DNA from: Candidatus Hydrogenedentota bacterium
Lineage (GTDB): Bacteria; Hydrogenedentota; Hydrogenedentia; Hydrogenedentales; SLHB01
Direction: 5' to 3'
Length of the DNA stretch: 64,000 nt
Assembly: GCA_045863335.1 (NCBI GenBank)
Contig: BTVY01000036.1
Span: 10,955-74,954, forward strand
The notes under the pieces are model-generated. The model saw nothing but the letters and a program-made list of their open reading frames with translations. It had not been told where the DNA came from and did not search any database. A program made the translations under genes and the position numbers. This document shows, one piece after another, positions 45,317 to 54,609 of this stretch (position 1 is the stretch's first letter; the number at the start of each line of letters is the position of its first letter).

Positions 45317-45830
45317 CGACAGCGTTGGCCAATTTCTTCGGCCAGTTCGCGCGTTGTCGCGTGCAGCCGGGGATTCGTGGGGCGTCGCACAACTGCCTTC
45401 TGGACTTTCCTGCGGGAGGACAAATACGTATACTGTTTGAGCCAGGGACGCGTAAGCGCCGATGCGGTGCGCGCCAGGGTGGCGCTTGGCTCTGATTCGG
45501 GAACACGGACGGCGGAGTTGGACAAACTGGCTGTGGATTCAGTCTGGATTTGCGTACATGCTGGGCCGGGTGTTGCCCATGCCCGTCGGCCCTGATTTGT
45601 TGTGGTCGCGTCCAGCGTCTGCCCTTGCCTGTGCGTTGGGACAACAGAACGTCCTCATGCTATACTCGGTTTACCGGAAGTTAGTCACGCGGGAGGAGAG
45701 CAGGGAGTACCCTGCAAATCCCCCCGGGCGCGTCGAAAGCAACGTGTAAGTCTGCGTGAGTCCTTTACTTGTGGCGCGAATCGCCGGCGTGTGCAGCCGA
45801 TTTCGCTAACCGACTTGGATACTTTTAAAC

Positions 45831-46577
45831 GTGCTAGACCGGTCCAAACCCAATCGCAATCCCAATCCCTCGACCCCGCAACCGAAGCCTGCTCCGCCGC
45901 CGCAACAGATCCCAGACACCTATGAGGCCTTGGAAGAGGCCGGCAAGAGCGGGGGCCTATTCGGCCGCATGAATCAGGCATTCCAGGAGGCGCTGCACAC
46001 CAGTCGCGGTCCTGGGCGCACGCGCGACGCGGTGGAAGAAGCGGGGGACAGCCCCTCGATAACGGCCGACGACCTGGCCATTCGTCGCGCGCGCAATGTG
46101 AAACTCCAGCGCATGGTCGTGCCGGAAGGCGTGATCATTGAAGGCAATATGACCAGCGGTTCCGAGACGGAAATCGCGGGGAAGATCGAAGGCAACGTCA
46201 CCGTCGAGGGGCGGCTCTACCTGGCGCCCAGCGCACTGGTGTCCGGGAACGTCCGAGCCACGTCATGTCGCGTGGACGGGTTGGTCGAAGGACGTGTCGA
46301 GTGCACTCAGGAACTCGAGTTGGGGAAGACCGGCCGTCTGAGCGCGGACGCCTTGGGCGGCAAGGAAGTGATCATTGGGGGTCAGATATTCGGAGATGTG
46401 TCCACGGGAGGGGTCGCGCGGCTCCTCGCCACGGCAAAGGTGAACGGCAATATTCGCACGCGGCGCGTTGTTATTGAGGAAGGCGCGTTGTTCAACGGGT
46501 CCTGCACCATGCGGACCCCGGCGCAGCGTAGCGAGAAACAACCGGAAAAGCCGCAGCATGATAGCGCGGGAAGTTGA
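45831..46577 (+). CDS. Bactofilin (polymer-forming cytoskeletal protein)
   Basis: IEGNMT...GKIEGNV...VIEEGALFNGSC beta-helix repeats. Confidence 0.9.
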   Translation: MLDRSKPNRNPNPSTPQPKPAPPPQQIPDTYEALEEAGKSGGLFGRMNQAFQEALHTSRGPGRTRDAVEEAGDSPSITADDLAIRRARNVKLQRMVVPEGVIIEGNMTSGSETEIAGKIEGNVTVEGRLYLAPSALVSGNVRATSCRVDGLVEGRVECTQELELGKTGRLSADALGGKEVIIGGQIFGDVSTGGVARLLATAKVNGNIRTRRVVIEEGALFNGSCTMRTPAQRSEKQPEKPQHDSAGS

Positions 46578-46590
46578 GGAGTAACAAGCC

Positions 46591-47322
46591 GTGCCTGTCC
46601 CGATGTATTTCGATTGGACCCTGATTCTGCTTATCCCCGGCGTCATCCTGTCGCTCTGGGCCCAGTTCAAAGTGAAGTCTACGTACGAGAAGTATTCGCA
46701 GGTCGCCACGCGTTCCGGACTGACCGGCGCGCAGGTGGCGCAGTTGGTCATGGAAAACGCCGAGGTGAAAACCTCCGGCGGCACCCTTCAGCCGGCCTAC
46801 GCGACCGGTATTTCGTGCCCGATTAATATGGTCCCCGGACAATTGACGGACCACTACGATCCGCGCAACCGGACCTTGAACCTGTCCGAGGGCGTGTACC
46901 ACGGGCGCAGTGTCGCGGCCCTGGGCGTAGCGGCCCACGAAGTGGGCCATGCGATCCAGCATGCCAACGCGTATTCCGCGCTCATGTGGCGCAACGCCAT
47001 TTATCCCATGACCAGCATCAGTTCAACGCTGTCGTGGCCTTTGCTGATCGGCGGACTGTTTTTCGGCATTTCGCCGCTGCTCCACATCGGCATCGCGCTC
47101 TTTTCCGTGGCAGTGTTGTTCACCGTGATCACCTTGCCGGTCGAGTTCGACGCGAGCAAACGGGCCATTCGGGCCCTCGCCCATGGCGGGTATCTGACGG
47201 ACGATGAAATCGTCGGCGCGCGGAGGGTGTTGAACGCAGCCGCATGGACCTACGTCGCTGCCGCGGCCATGGCCGTGTTGCAGTTGCTTCGTCTCATTCT
47301 GATTGCGCGGGGCCGCGATTAG
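46591..47322 (+). CDS. Membrane zinc metallopeptidase (YugP-like)
   Basis: LTDHYDP, AAHEVGHAIQH, TLPVEFDAS and AAAWTYV motifs. Confidence 0.93.
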   Translation: MPVPMYFDWTLILLIPGVILSLWAQFKVKSTYEKYSQVATRSGLTGAQVAQLVMENAEVKTSGGTLQPAYATGISCPINMVPGQLTDHYDPRNRTLNLSEGVYHGRSVAALGVAAHEVGHAIQHANAYSALMWRNAIYPMTSISSTLSWPLLIGGLFFGISPLLHIGIALFSVAVLFTVITLPVEFDASKRAIRALAHGGYLTDDEIVGARRVLNAAAWTYVAAAAMAVLQLLRLILIARGRD

Positions 47323-47397
47323 TTCCTTCGTGCGAATCGTACCGAAGCGGGTACATTGATACAGCTTAGTTGGGTTTTCCGGAGGCAGTGAGCAGTC

Positions 47398-48507
47398 ATG
47401 TCCGGCATCGGCGCCGCAATAGCAATCGCGCTGATTTCGTTGGCGCCGGATACCGCGCTTCGCGAAATGCGCGGCGAAGGACACGCCGCCGGGTTGGGCC
47501 CGGCTGCCCGCGCGGAAGCCATTCGCAACGCCCAGACCGCGATCGTCATCCAACGCCTGGAAGCGCTGGCGCCCACGCGCGACTTCACCGTATTCGCTCC
47601 CGTGATCGAGGGTTCTGAGCGATTCGTTCCGAGCTATCGCGTCCTGAGCGAGGAAGCAACGGATGCCACAACCCACGTCGAGATCGCCGGCGAGTTGCTT
47701 GACGCGCAACTGAAGCATGACGCCGCGAGACTGATTCTCGACAGCCACGTGGACAAGCCAAGAGTCATACTCCTTATCAGCGAGCGTATCTCGCCTGGCA
47801 CGCCCCGCTCGTTCCGAGAGGAAGGCGTTGCGGAAGCGGCCCTTGCGGAGAAGCTTTCGGAAGCGAAGTTTGACGTGATCGATTCACGTGACCTCATTGC
47901 CGTCCAAACGGAGGACGAGTTACAGCAGTTCGTCGGCGGTAGCCCAAACCTGGCGAGCCAACTCGCGCGACGGGAACTTGCCGATGTGGCCATACTCGGT
48001 TCGGCCGTCTCCTTCATGGAGGCCAGCGATTCGCGCGACGCGGGCCTGCACCGGCACCGCGCGGAACTGGACCTTCGCGTCATTCGCGCCGCAGACGGCA
48101 TCGTACTGGAAGAGTCTAAAGCCGAAGCGGAATTGATCAGCGTCGACCCGCAACAAGGCGGCGAGCTGTCGGTCCGGGACGCATGCGACAAGGCTGTGAA
48201 CGCCATCATCGATGCGGCCGCCCTCGGACTTCTGGGTGGCGCTCCCCGCGGTCAGATCTACCTCACGATCGAGGGCCTGTCCGGCAACACGCAACTCGAC
48301 CAAATCCTCGAACACATCAAGGGCGTGCCCGGGGTGGAATCGGTGGAGGAAATGTACACGTCAGCGGAAATGGCGCGCATGGCGATCGCCTATTCCGGTC
48401 CCATGGGACCCTTCGTAGACGCGCTTTCCGCCGACCGTTACGATGGCTACACGTTGCACACCGAAAGCGTCGTCAACCGCGACATGACGGTTAGCGTTCG
48501 TCAGTAA
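47398..48507 (+). CDS. Hypothetical exported protein
   Basis: Signal-like N-terminus, 369-aa ORF; KPRVILLISE segment loosely resembles FlgT/CsgG-like proteins. Confidence 0.6.
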   Translation: MSGIGAAIAIALISLAPDTALREMRGEGHAAGLGPAARAEAIRNAQTAIVIQRLEALAPTRDFTVFAPVIEGSERFVPSYRVLSEEATDATTHVEIAGELLDAQLKHDAARLILDSHVDKPRVILLISERISPGTPRSFREEGVAEAALAEKLSEAKFDVIDSRDLIAVQTEDELQQFVGGSPNLASQLARRELADVAILGSAVSFMEASDSRDAGLHRHRAELDLRVIRAADGIVLEESKAEAELISVDPQQGGELSVRDACDKAVNAIIDAAALGLLGGAPRGQIYLTIEGLSGNTQLDQILEHIKGVPGVESVEEMYTSAEMARMAIAYSGPMGPFVDALSADRYDGYTLHTESVVNRDMTVSVRQ

Positions 48508-48556
48508 TCCTCCACCCCAAGAGCGGGATTTCCCCGGCGACCTCTAATGCGTTGCG

Positions 48557-48973
48557 TCAATCTCCCGTTACCGTGACTACGACTCGACGGTTGCGCGGTT
48601 TCACGTCGCATTCCAGATGGAAGATCTGTTGCCATGTCCCCAATACCATCTGCCCATTGCGAATTGGAATCGTGACCGACGGCCCTGCCAGACTCGACTG
48701 GAGATGGCTGTGGCCGTTGCCGTCGTGCCACGCGTGTTCGTGACCGTAATCGCGGCTTGGTGGTATCAGGCGATCTAACATCTCCGGGTAGTCGCCTTGA
48801 AGGCCCGGCTCAAATTCGATGGTGCCGATGGTCGCCGTGCTTCCGATATTGAATACATGCACAAACCCGGTCTGAACGTGAGAGCGGGACACGATGTTCT
48901 CCACTTGCGCCGTGATGTCGTGCATCACGCCGTGTCCGCTTGTACGGATTGACAGGTCGTCCTGAAAGGTCAA
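48557..48973 (-). CDS. yjbQ: YjbQ/UPF0047 family protein
   Basis: DITAQV, DGNGHSHL and LGTWQQI motifs; GGAGG before TTG at 48973. Confidence 0.9.
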   Translation of the reverse strand: MTFQDDLSIRTSGHGVMHDITAQVENIVSRSHVQTGFVHVFNIGSTATIGTIEFEPGLQGDYPEMLDRLIPPSRDYGHEHAWHDGNGHSHLQSSLAGPSVTIPIRNGQMVLGTWQQIFHLECDVKPRNRRVVVTVTGD

Positions 48974-49280
48974 TGTGACACCTCCTGCGTATGACGCAAT
49001 GCGCCACCCGCTTCGGAAACGGCACCGCGCCCGCACCGAGCGCCGCCGGCATCTATCCAGCATAGAAAGCAGTCGCGGCTGGTTCAACAGAAAACAATGC
49101 GGAGCAGAAGTCCAAACGCAGCTATCGTAGCGTCCTGCCTTCCTTGGCGGGCGAAAAGACCCGTCGAGAATCCATGGATTCGGGTCTCGCCCGGCGTGGA
49201 AGCCGGGCGCTACACGACTTGTGCACGAAGCCGAGCCTTCAACTTGGGATACGCTTCGTGGGTCGCTATACTCCCACGCC

Positions 49281-50063
49281 ATGACCGAGAATGGACCGAA
49301 ACCTTCGTCCCCGCCCGCGATCGCGGTGGTTTTTCTGCATGCGGCGTGCAACATGACCTGCACGTTTTGCGGCACGGAAAACAGCGTCGACGGCCTGACG
49401 CCCGATCAGGCGCGCGACACGCTGCGCGTGATTCTGCAGCGCGGCTTTTCCAATGTCGTGCTCGGCGGTGGCGAACCCTTCGTGTGGAAGCACGATGTAG
49501 TGGCATTGGCACGCGAAGCGAAGGGGATGGGGCTGTTCGTGCAAATCGGCACCAACGGAATCGATCTGCCCCACGGGTTTGAGGCGTTGGCGTGTGTCGA
49601 TCGCTTCGTCCTTCCACTCGACGGGTACGATGCCGAATCGCACAACGCGGTGCGCATCGCGCGCGACGGCCATTTCCAACTAATCTTGAACCGGTTGGAG
49701 GCCCTGCGCTCGGCCGGGAAATCCGTCACGGTCTCCACGGTAGTTACATCGCGAAACATCGGCGCACTCAATCGAATAGCCCGACAACTCGCGGAGTATG
49801 CCGAACGCGGTGGCCAGCTCCACGCCTGGCACCTCTACAAGTTCCTGCCCATCGGCCGCGGCGGCCGCGAGTACGCCGACGAACTTGCGATCTCCGACGC
49901 GGAGTTTATCGACGCATGTACTTCCGTCAAAGCCGCGCATCCGGCGCTGACCATCTACCGCCGCAACGACATGCGCTTCTCCAGGCACGTAGACTTCTTC
50001 TGGTACGAAGGCGGCAAACCTCAAATCGGCAGCGAAGTCTGGGGACAGGGGACGGTCCTGTAA
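49281..50063 (+). CDS. Radical SAM protein
   Basis: CNMTCTFC, GGGEPF, TNG and LDG motifs. Confidence 0.9.
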   Translation: MTENGPKPSSPPAIAVVFLHAACNMTCTFCGTENSVDGLTPDQARDTLRVILQRGFSNVVLGGGEPFVWKHDVVALAREAKGMGLFVQIGTNGIDLPHGFEALACVDRFVLPLDGYDAESHNAVRIARDGHFQLILNRLEALRSAGKSVTVSTVVTSRNIGALNRIARQLAEYAERGGQLHAWHLYKFLPIGRGGREYADELAISDAEFIDACTSVKAAHPALTIYRRNDMRFSRHVDFFWYEGGKPQIGSEVWGQGTVL

Positions 50064-50162
50064 CGCCGCTTCCGGACTGCACCCTTCGGCTCAAACCTAA
50101 ACCTGAGTTCCTAGGTCTCAATTCACAATTCATAATTCATAATCCGTCCTCCCTCTTGCAAT

Positions 50163-50183
50163 CTGTATCAAAGTATGATACAG
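50163..50183. promoter_or_regulatory. Palindromic GntR/YtrA-type operator
   Basis: CTGTATCA-AAGTA-TGATACAG immediately upstream of the GntR gene. Confidence 0.75.
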
Positions 50184-50191
50184 TGACCTTG

Positions 50192-50590
50192 ATGATCACC
50201 ATCGACCTCGAAAGTCCCGTTCCCCTGGAGGAACAGCTTACCCAGGAAATCCGCCGGGCTTTGGCCCGTGGCGAGATTGTGCCGGGGGACAACATGCCCT
50301 CCGTTCGGCAGTTGGCCGGTGACCTCGGTATCCACTGGAACACCGTCGCCCGCGCGTACCGGCGGCTCCGCGACGAGGGACTCCTCGTGGTCGGGCGCGG
50401 CCGCGGCGTGTACGTGCGCGAATCGAACCGCCGGCCAGGCAAACCGGCCCCGGAACTTCGGGAGAAGGTCCGGTCTATTCTGCGCGACGCCGTAACCGAG
50501 GCGCGGTTGTCGGGACTCGAATTGGATGCATTCAAAGATCTCGTTTCCCGTGAACTTGAATTCTGGGAAGAAGGGAGGAGTGGCTCATGA
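50192..50590 (+). CDS. GntR family regulator (YtrA subfamily)
   Basis: PLEEQL, PSVRQLAGDLGIHWNTVARAY and GRGVYV motifs; short C-terminus. Confidence 0.92.
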   Translation: MITIDLESPVPLEEQLTQEIRRALARGEIVPGDNMPSVRQLAGDLGIHWNTVARAYRRLRDEGLLVVGRGRGVYVRESNRRPGKPAPELREKVRSILRDAVTEARLSGLELDAFKDLVSRELEFWEEGRSGS

Positions 50591-51474
50591 CGTCCTTTAT
50601 CACGTTGACTTTTCTTGTCGTGATGCTCGGAATTCACGTGCCCGCCGCGTGGTGGTGGCAACGGCGAATGCTTGGCGGCGTGGATGCGGCCACCCGTGAT
50701 GCGGTCCAGCACGACCTGCGGGGTTACTGGGTCCGCCTCATCCTCGCGCAGGCCGTTGTGATTCTCGGGATTGGCGTATGGATCGCGCTGCACCCGGAAA
50801 TAATCTGGAACTTCCAGATTCAGGCATCGAGCGGACGTATCGGATTCTACGCGTTTCATGGACTGTGGTGGCCCTTTGTCTTTCCGTTGATCCTGCGTCT
50901 CGACAAGTCGCTTCGGGCCCACGGCGTGCTTACAGGCCCCACGCAGCCAGGTCCGGTGCGCACGGCAAGCCTGAGAGCGCGGAAGGTCAGCGAGTATCTG
51001 CCCAGTTGGAGCACGCCGCTGGAAGTCGCGATCGTCATTATCGGGATGACCGTCGTGGCCGCTCGTGCAATCACAGCGCCGGATCCGAATCCCGCCTTGC
51101 TTTGGAGCGCGGGGATGTTCGCATTCTGGGCCGTCGTATTTGTCGTCGGGTACGCGTTCTGGATTCGCACGGAGGTTCAACAGTCCTACTCCTGGCTTGC
51201 AGAGACCGCGACGGAGGAGGAAATTGAGGCGCACCGCAGGTTTCGAGTGCGCGGCATCTTTGCTATGCAGATTGCGGGTGCTGCCACGTTCTTCGCCGCG
51301 TCCGCCATGGTGATTGAAGTCGCCCGGGGGACGATTTCCGGCTCGACCGTCGGACTGATCGGTGGCATCGGAGGCGCTGTGCTCGGAATTGGCGGCGGCG
51401 TTCTTGGGACTCTCGCCAGCCTTCGCGCCGCCAAGTTGCAGCGCGCGCAGCAGTACCGGGAGCAGGGGCACTGA
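50587..51474 (+). CDS. Hypothetical multi-pass membrane protein
   Basis: About 7 hydrophobic segments; ATGA overlap with the GntR gene. Confidence 0.75.
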   Translation: MTSFITLTFLVVMLGIHVPAAWWWQRRMLGGVDAATRDAVQHDLRGYWVRLILAQAVVILGIGVWIALHPEIIWNFQIQASSGRIGFYAFHGLWWPFVFPLILRLDKSLRAHGVLTGPTQPGPVRTASLRARKVSEYLPSWSTPLEVAIVIIGMTVVAARAITAPDPNPALLWSAGMFAFWAVVFVVGYAFWIRTEVQQSYSWLAETATEEEIEAHRRFRVRGIFAMQIAGAATFFAASAMVIEVARGTISGSTVGLIGGIGGAVLGIGGGVLGTLASLRAAKLQRAQQYREQGH

Positions 51475-52029
51475 GGCTGGAGACCGGAGGCGGGAGGCTG
51501 GAGGGAATTCCGGCGGCGCATTGCGCCTTCGTTACAGATTCGGAAGCAATACGGCTTTTTGGCGGTGGTTCGACTTGTGTCGAACTTGGTGATGAGGTGC
51601 ACCCCCCTTTCGATTTTCTCGTGACGATTCAAGGGGGTGATCCCTGGGTGGCATGTCTTGTTCGTCATTGGCTGCGTTTCCCTTACTGGTATGGACGGCA
51701 AGGACTTGTCTGCGTCTGGCCCTGAATCGGCAGAGCGACGAGATCCGGGTGCACCCCCCCGTGAAATTTGACGAAACAAGGGAGGTGGGGGTGCACGAGA
51801 AATCGGGATTACGTTCAATGTGTTTTTCCATCGGGAGAGTTCTCCTTATTGGTATAGGGCGTGGCGTTGCAGTTTGGAAATTATGAATTACGAATTAAGA
51901 ATTAAGAATTGGGGGGCGCGGCCGGGACATGAGCAACGCTTTTCCGGTTTAACTCTCCTCCAGTGGCGTGGAAAGTTCCAGGTTCTGCGAGTTGGCTCTT
52001 CTAAACTATGGCGCGTGCGCGGAAGGATC

Positions 52030-52286
52030 AATCCGCAATCCGAAATCCGCAATCCGAAATCCGCAATCCGCAATCCGAAATCCGCAATCCGCAATCCGAA
52101 ATCCGCAATCCGAAATCCGCAATCTTCTTCCTCCAATCTTCTTCCTCCAATCTTCTTCCTCCAATCTTCTTCCTCCAATCTTCTTCCTCCAGCCTTCTTC
52201 CTCCAGCCTTCTTCCTCCAGCCTTCTTCCTCCAGTCTCCAGCCTCCAGTCTCCAGCCTCCAGTCTCCAGCCTCCAGTCTCCAGCCT
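52030..52286. repeat. Composite 7-nt-phase tandem repeat array
   Basis: 13x AATCCG(C/A), 5x AATCTTCTTCCTCC, 3x AGCCTTCTTCCTCC, about 7x AG(T/C)CTCC. Confidence 0.95.
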
Positions 52287-52350
52287 GCTTTTGCTCTCCG
52301 CGCGAAAACCTGCGAAAATAGGGGGCGAAGGTACAGCATCGGAAATCATC

Positions 52351-53331
52351 ATGCGTATTGGTCCCATTGAACTGAACAGACCCCTCGCGCTCGCGCCCAT
52401 GGAGGACGTGACGGACATCCCGTTCCGGCTCGTCTGCAAGGAGCTGGGCGCGGACCTCTTGTATACGGAGTTCGCGAGCAGCGAAGGCCTGATCCGCGAC
52501 GCGCGCCGGTCGTTGCAGAAGATCCGCGTCGTGGAAGAAGAGCGGCCCGTCGCCGTGCAGATTTTCGGTGGCCTGGAGACCTCGATGGAATCCGCGGCGG
52601 CCGTGGCGGAGCAGGCCAGGCCCGACTTCATCGACATCAATTGCGGCTGCTGGGTAAAGAAGGTCGCGTTGCGCGAGGCGGGCGCTGGTCTGCTGAAAGA
52701 CATCCCCAAGTTCAAGGCGATTGTGGAATCGGTAATTCGCGGCACCTCGCTCCCGGTCACCGTGAAGACGCGGCTCGGCTGGGACGCGAAGAGCATCGTG
52801 ATCGTCGATGTGGCGCGGATGCTGGAAGACATCGGCGTGAAGGCCCTGGCGTTGCACTGCCGCACACGGGATCAGGGTCACCGCGGCGACGCGGACTGGT
52901 CGTGGCTGGAGAAGCTGAAAGGCGCCGTCTCGATTCCCATCATCGGCAACGGCGACCTCGCCACGCCGGAGGACGTGAAGCGCATGTTCGAAACCGGGTG
53001 CGACGGCGTCATGATTGGACGCGGCGCAATCCAGAACCCGTGGATCTTTAATCAGTCCAAACATTACCTCGCCACGGGCGAGCATCTACCACCGCCGACC
53101 CTCGCCGAGCGCGTGGCGACCTGCGTGAAGCACCTGCGCCACAGCGTGGAGTACAAGGGCGAACGGAAGGGCGTCATCGAGTTCCGGAAGTATTACTCTG
53201 GGTATCTGAAGGGACAGCCGGGCGTATCGAAGTTACGGCAGGAACTGATGACATTTCACGAAATGGACCCCGCCATCGCGCGGCTGCAACGGTACGTGGA
53301 TGAAGTGGGGGAGCGCATCTGTGTCGCGTGA
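52351..53331 (+). CDS. dusB: tRNA-dihydrouridine synthase
   Basis: LAPMEDVTD, IDINCGC, VTVKTRLGW, IIGNGD and VMIGRGA motifs. Confidence 0.93.
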   Translation: MRIGPIELNRPLALAPMEDVTDIPFRLVCKELGADLLYTEFASSEGLIRDARRSLQKIRVVEEERPVAVQIFGGLETSMESAAAVAEQARPDFIDINCGCWVKKVALREAGAGLLKDIPKFKAIVESVIRGTSLPVTVKTRLGWDAKSIVIVDVARMLEDIGVKALALHCRTRDQGHRGDADWSWLEKLKGAVSIPIIGNGDLATPEDVKRMFETGCDGVMIGRGAIQNPWIFNQSKHYLATGEHLPPPTLAERVATCVKHLRHSVEYKGERKGVIEFRKYYSGYLKGQPGVSKLRQELMTFHEMDPAIARLQRYVDEVGERICVA

Positions 53332-53470
53332 AGGGGGCAAGGAAGGACCTAAGAAACGAAAAGGACCTACGAAGCGGCGCGCGGTGACGCAGAAGATCGA
53401 GTGGATCGGGATTCTTCGCGATTCGGGTTTCCGGAGTTCCTCCATGTTAAGCCGGGTGCCGGTACTCATC

Positions 53471-53640
53471 CGGAAGAACATCCCCCTTGATCCCCCTTCA
53501 AAGGGGGAAATGGTCCCGACTGTTGAAGGAGAACGCATCGTCTCACGCGCCAAGTGCGGCCTTCGGTTTGCCTGCTGCACAACACAACGTGTTGTGCGGA
53601 ATTCCCCCTTTGAAGGGGGATCAAGGGGGATGTTCTTCCG
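53471..53640. mobile_element. MITE/REPIN-like element with perfect 39-bp terminal inverted repeats
   Basis: 53471-53509 is the exact reverse complement of 53602-53640, with a 92-bp core. Confidence 0.65.
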
Positions 53641-53684
53641 GCCATTCTCCAACGCGTCGATATTCCTGAGCGAGATGGATGCCC

Positions 53685-54380
53685 ATGCTTGATCGACTGA
53701 AGGCCGATGTCCTCAAGGCCAACCTGGCGCTGGTGCGGCAGGGGTTGGTTCTCATGACCTGGGGCAACGCGAGCGGCATCGACCGGGACTCGGGGCACGT
53801 CGTGATAAAACCCAGCGGCGTGGCTTACGAGGTCATGACGCCCGAGGACATGGCGGTGGTCGATCTCGATGGCAAGGCCGTCGAGGGGAAACTGAAGCCG
53901 TCCGTCGACACGCCGACGCATCTCGCGTTGTATCGCGCCTTCCCCGAGATCGGCGGCGTGGTGCATACGCACTCGCATTACGCCACCTGCTGGGCCCAGG
54001 CTTGCCGGCCCATCCCGTGTTTCGGAACGACCCACGCCGATCATTTTCACGGCGAGGTCCCGGTCACCGATGCGATGACCGCGGACGAGGTGGGGGAAGA
54101 TTACGAAGCGCACATCGGCGACGTGATCGTCCGGGCCTTTCGGGATCGCGATCCCATGCGCTGTCCCGGAGTGCTCGTCGCGAACCATGCGCCGTTTGTG
54201 TGGGGAAAAGACGTCGCGACCGCGGCAGAGTCCGCATTCGTCCTCGAAGAAGTCGCCCGAATGGCCCTGCACACTCTGGCGCTGTCACCCGGGCAACGGC
54301 CGATTGCGGCCCACCTCCTCGACAAACATTTCATGCGCAAACATGGTGCGGGCGCGTATTACGGGCAGGGAAGCGAATAG
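53685..54380 (+). CDS. araD: L-ribulose-5-phosphate 4-epimerase (class II aldolase fold)
   Basis: TWGNAS, IKPSGV, PSVDTPTH, VHTHS, GTTHAD and KHF.RKHG..AYYGQ motifs. Confidence 0.93.
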   Translation: MLDRLKADVLKANLALVRQGLVLMTWGNASGIDRDSGHVVIKPSGVAYEVMTPEDMAVVDLDGKAVEGKLKPSVDTPTHLALYRAFPEIGGVVHTHSHYATCWAQACRPIPCFGTTHADHFHGEVPVTDAMTADEVGEDYEAHIGDVIVRAFRDRDPMRCPGVLVANHAPFVWGKDVATAAESAFVLEEVARMALHTLALSPGQRPIAAHLLDKHFMRKHGAGAYYGQGSE

Positions 54381-54609
54381 CGCGTACTCTTCAAAGGGGA
54401 CTACGCTTCGAATGCAGTCTGCGTCGTGACTCAAGCGAAGGTCCCGCTACGCCCACACCGTCATTCTCGCGAAAGGGGAAGATGGAATTGGTGCCTTGGC
54501 GCGCCATAGCAGAGAATTCTCATCGCTTCGTAAGCGGGAATCCATCTTCGTCTATCGCCCACCACTCTGCAATTGTACAGAACGGCCCAGTCCGTGCAAG
54601 AATCACCCC

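Noticed and set aside
25888-45830. Integrative element or prophage boundaries
   Set aside because: No integrase, tRNA or convincing direct repeats seen at either edge.
49281-50063. Firm prokaryotic viperin call
   Set aside because: Lacks the viperin-specific N.H..CN..C.FCF and K.N motifs, and lies outside the island.
49592-50191. 332-aa version of the GntR ORF
   Set aside because: The upstream part overlaps the radical SAM gene. GntR homology and the operator place the start at 50189-50192.
52030-52286. CRISPR array
   Set aside because: Contiguous short units with no unique spacers, and no cas genes in the window.
51820-52350. N-terminal extension of DusB and overlapping IRNPKS/LQPP ORFs
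   Set aside because: Stop-free frames are produced by the tandem repeat array. DusB homology begins at ATG 52351.
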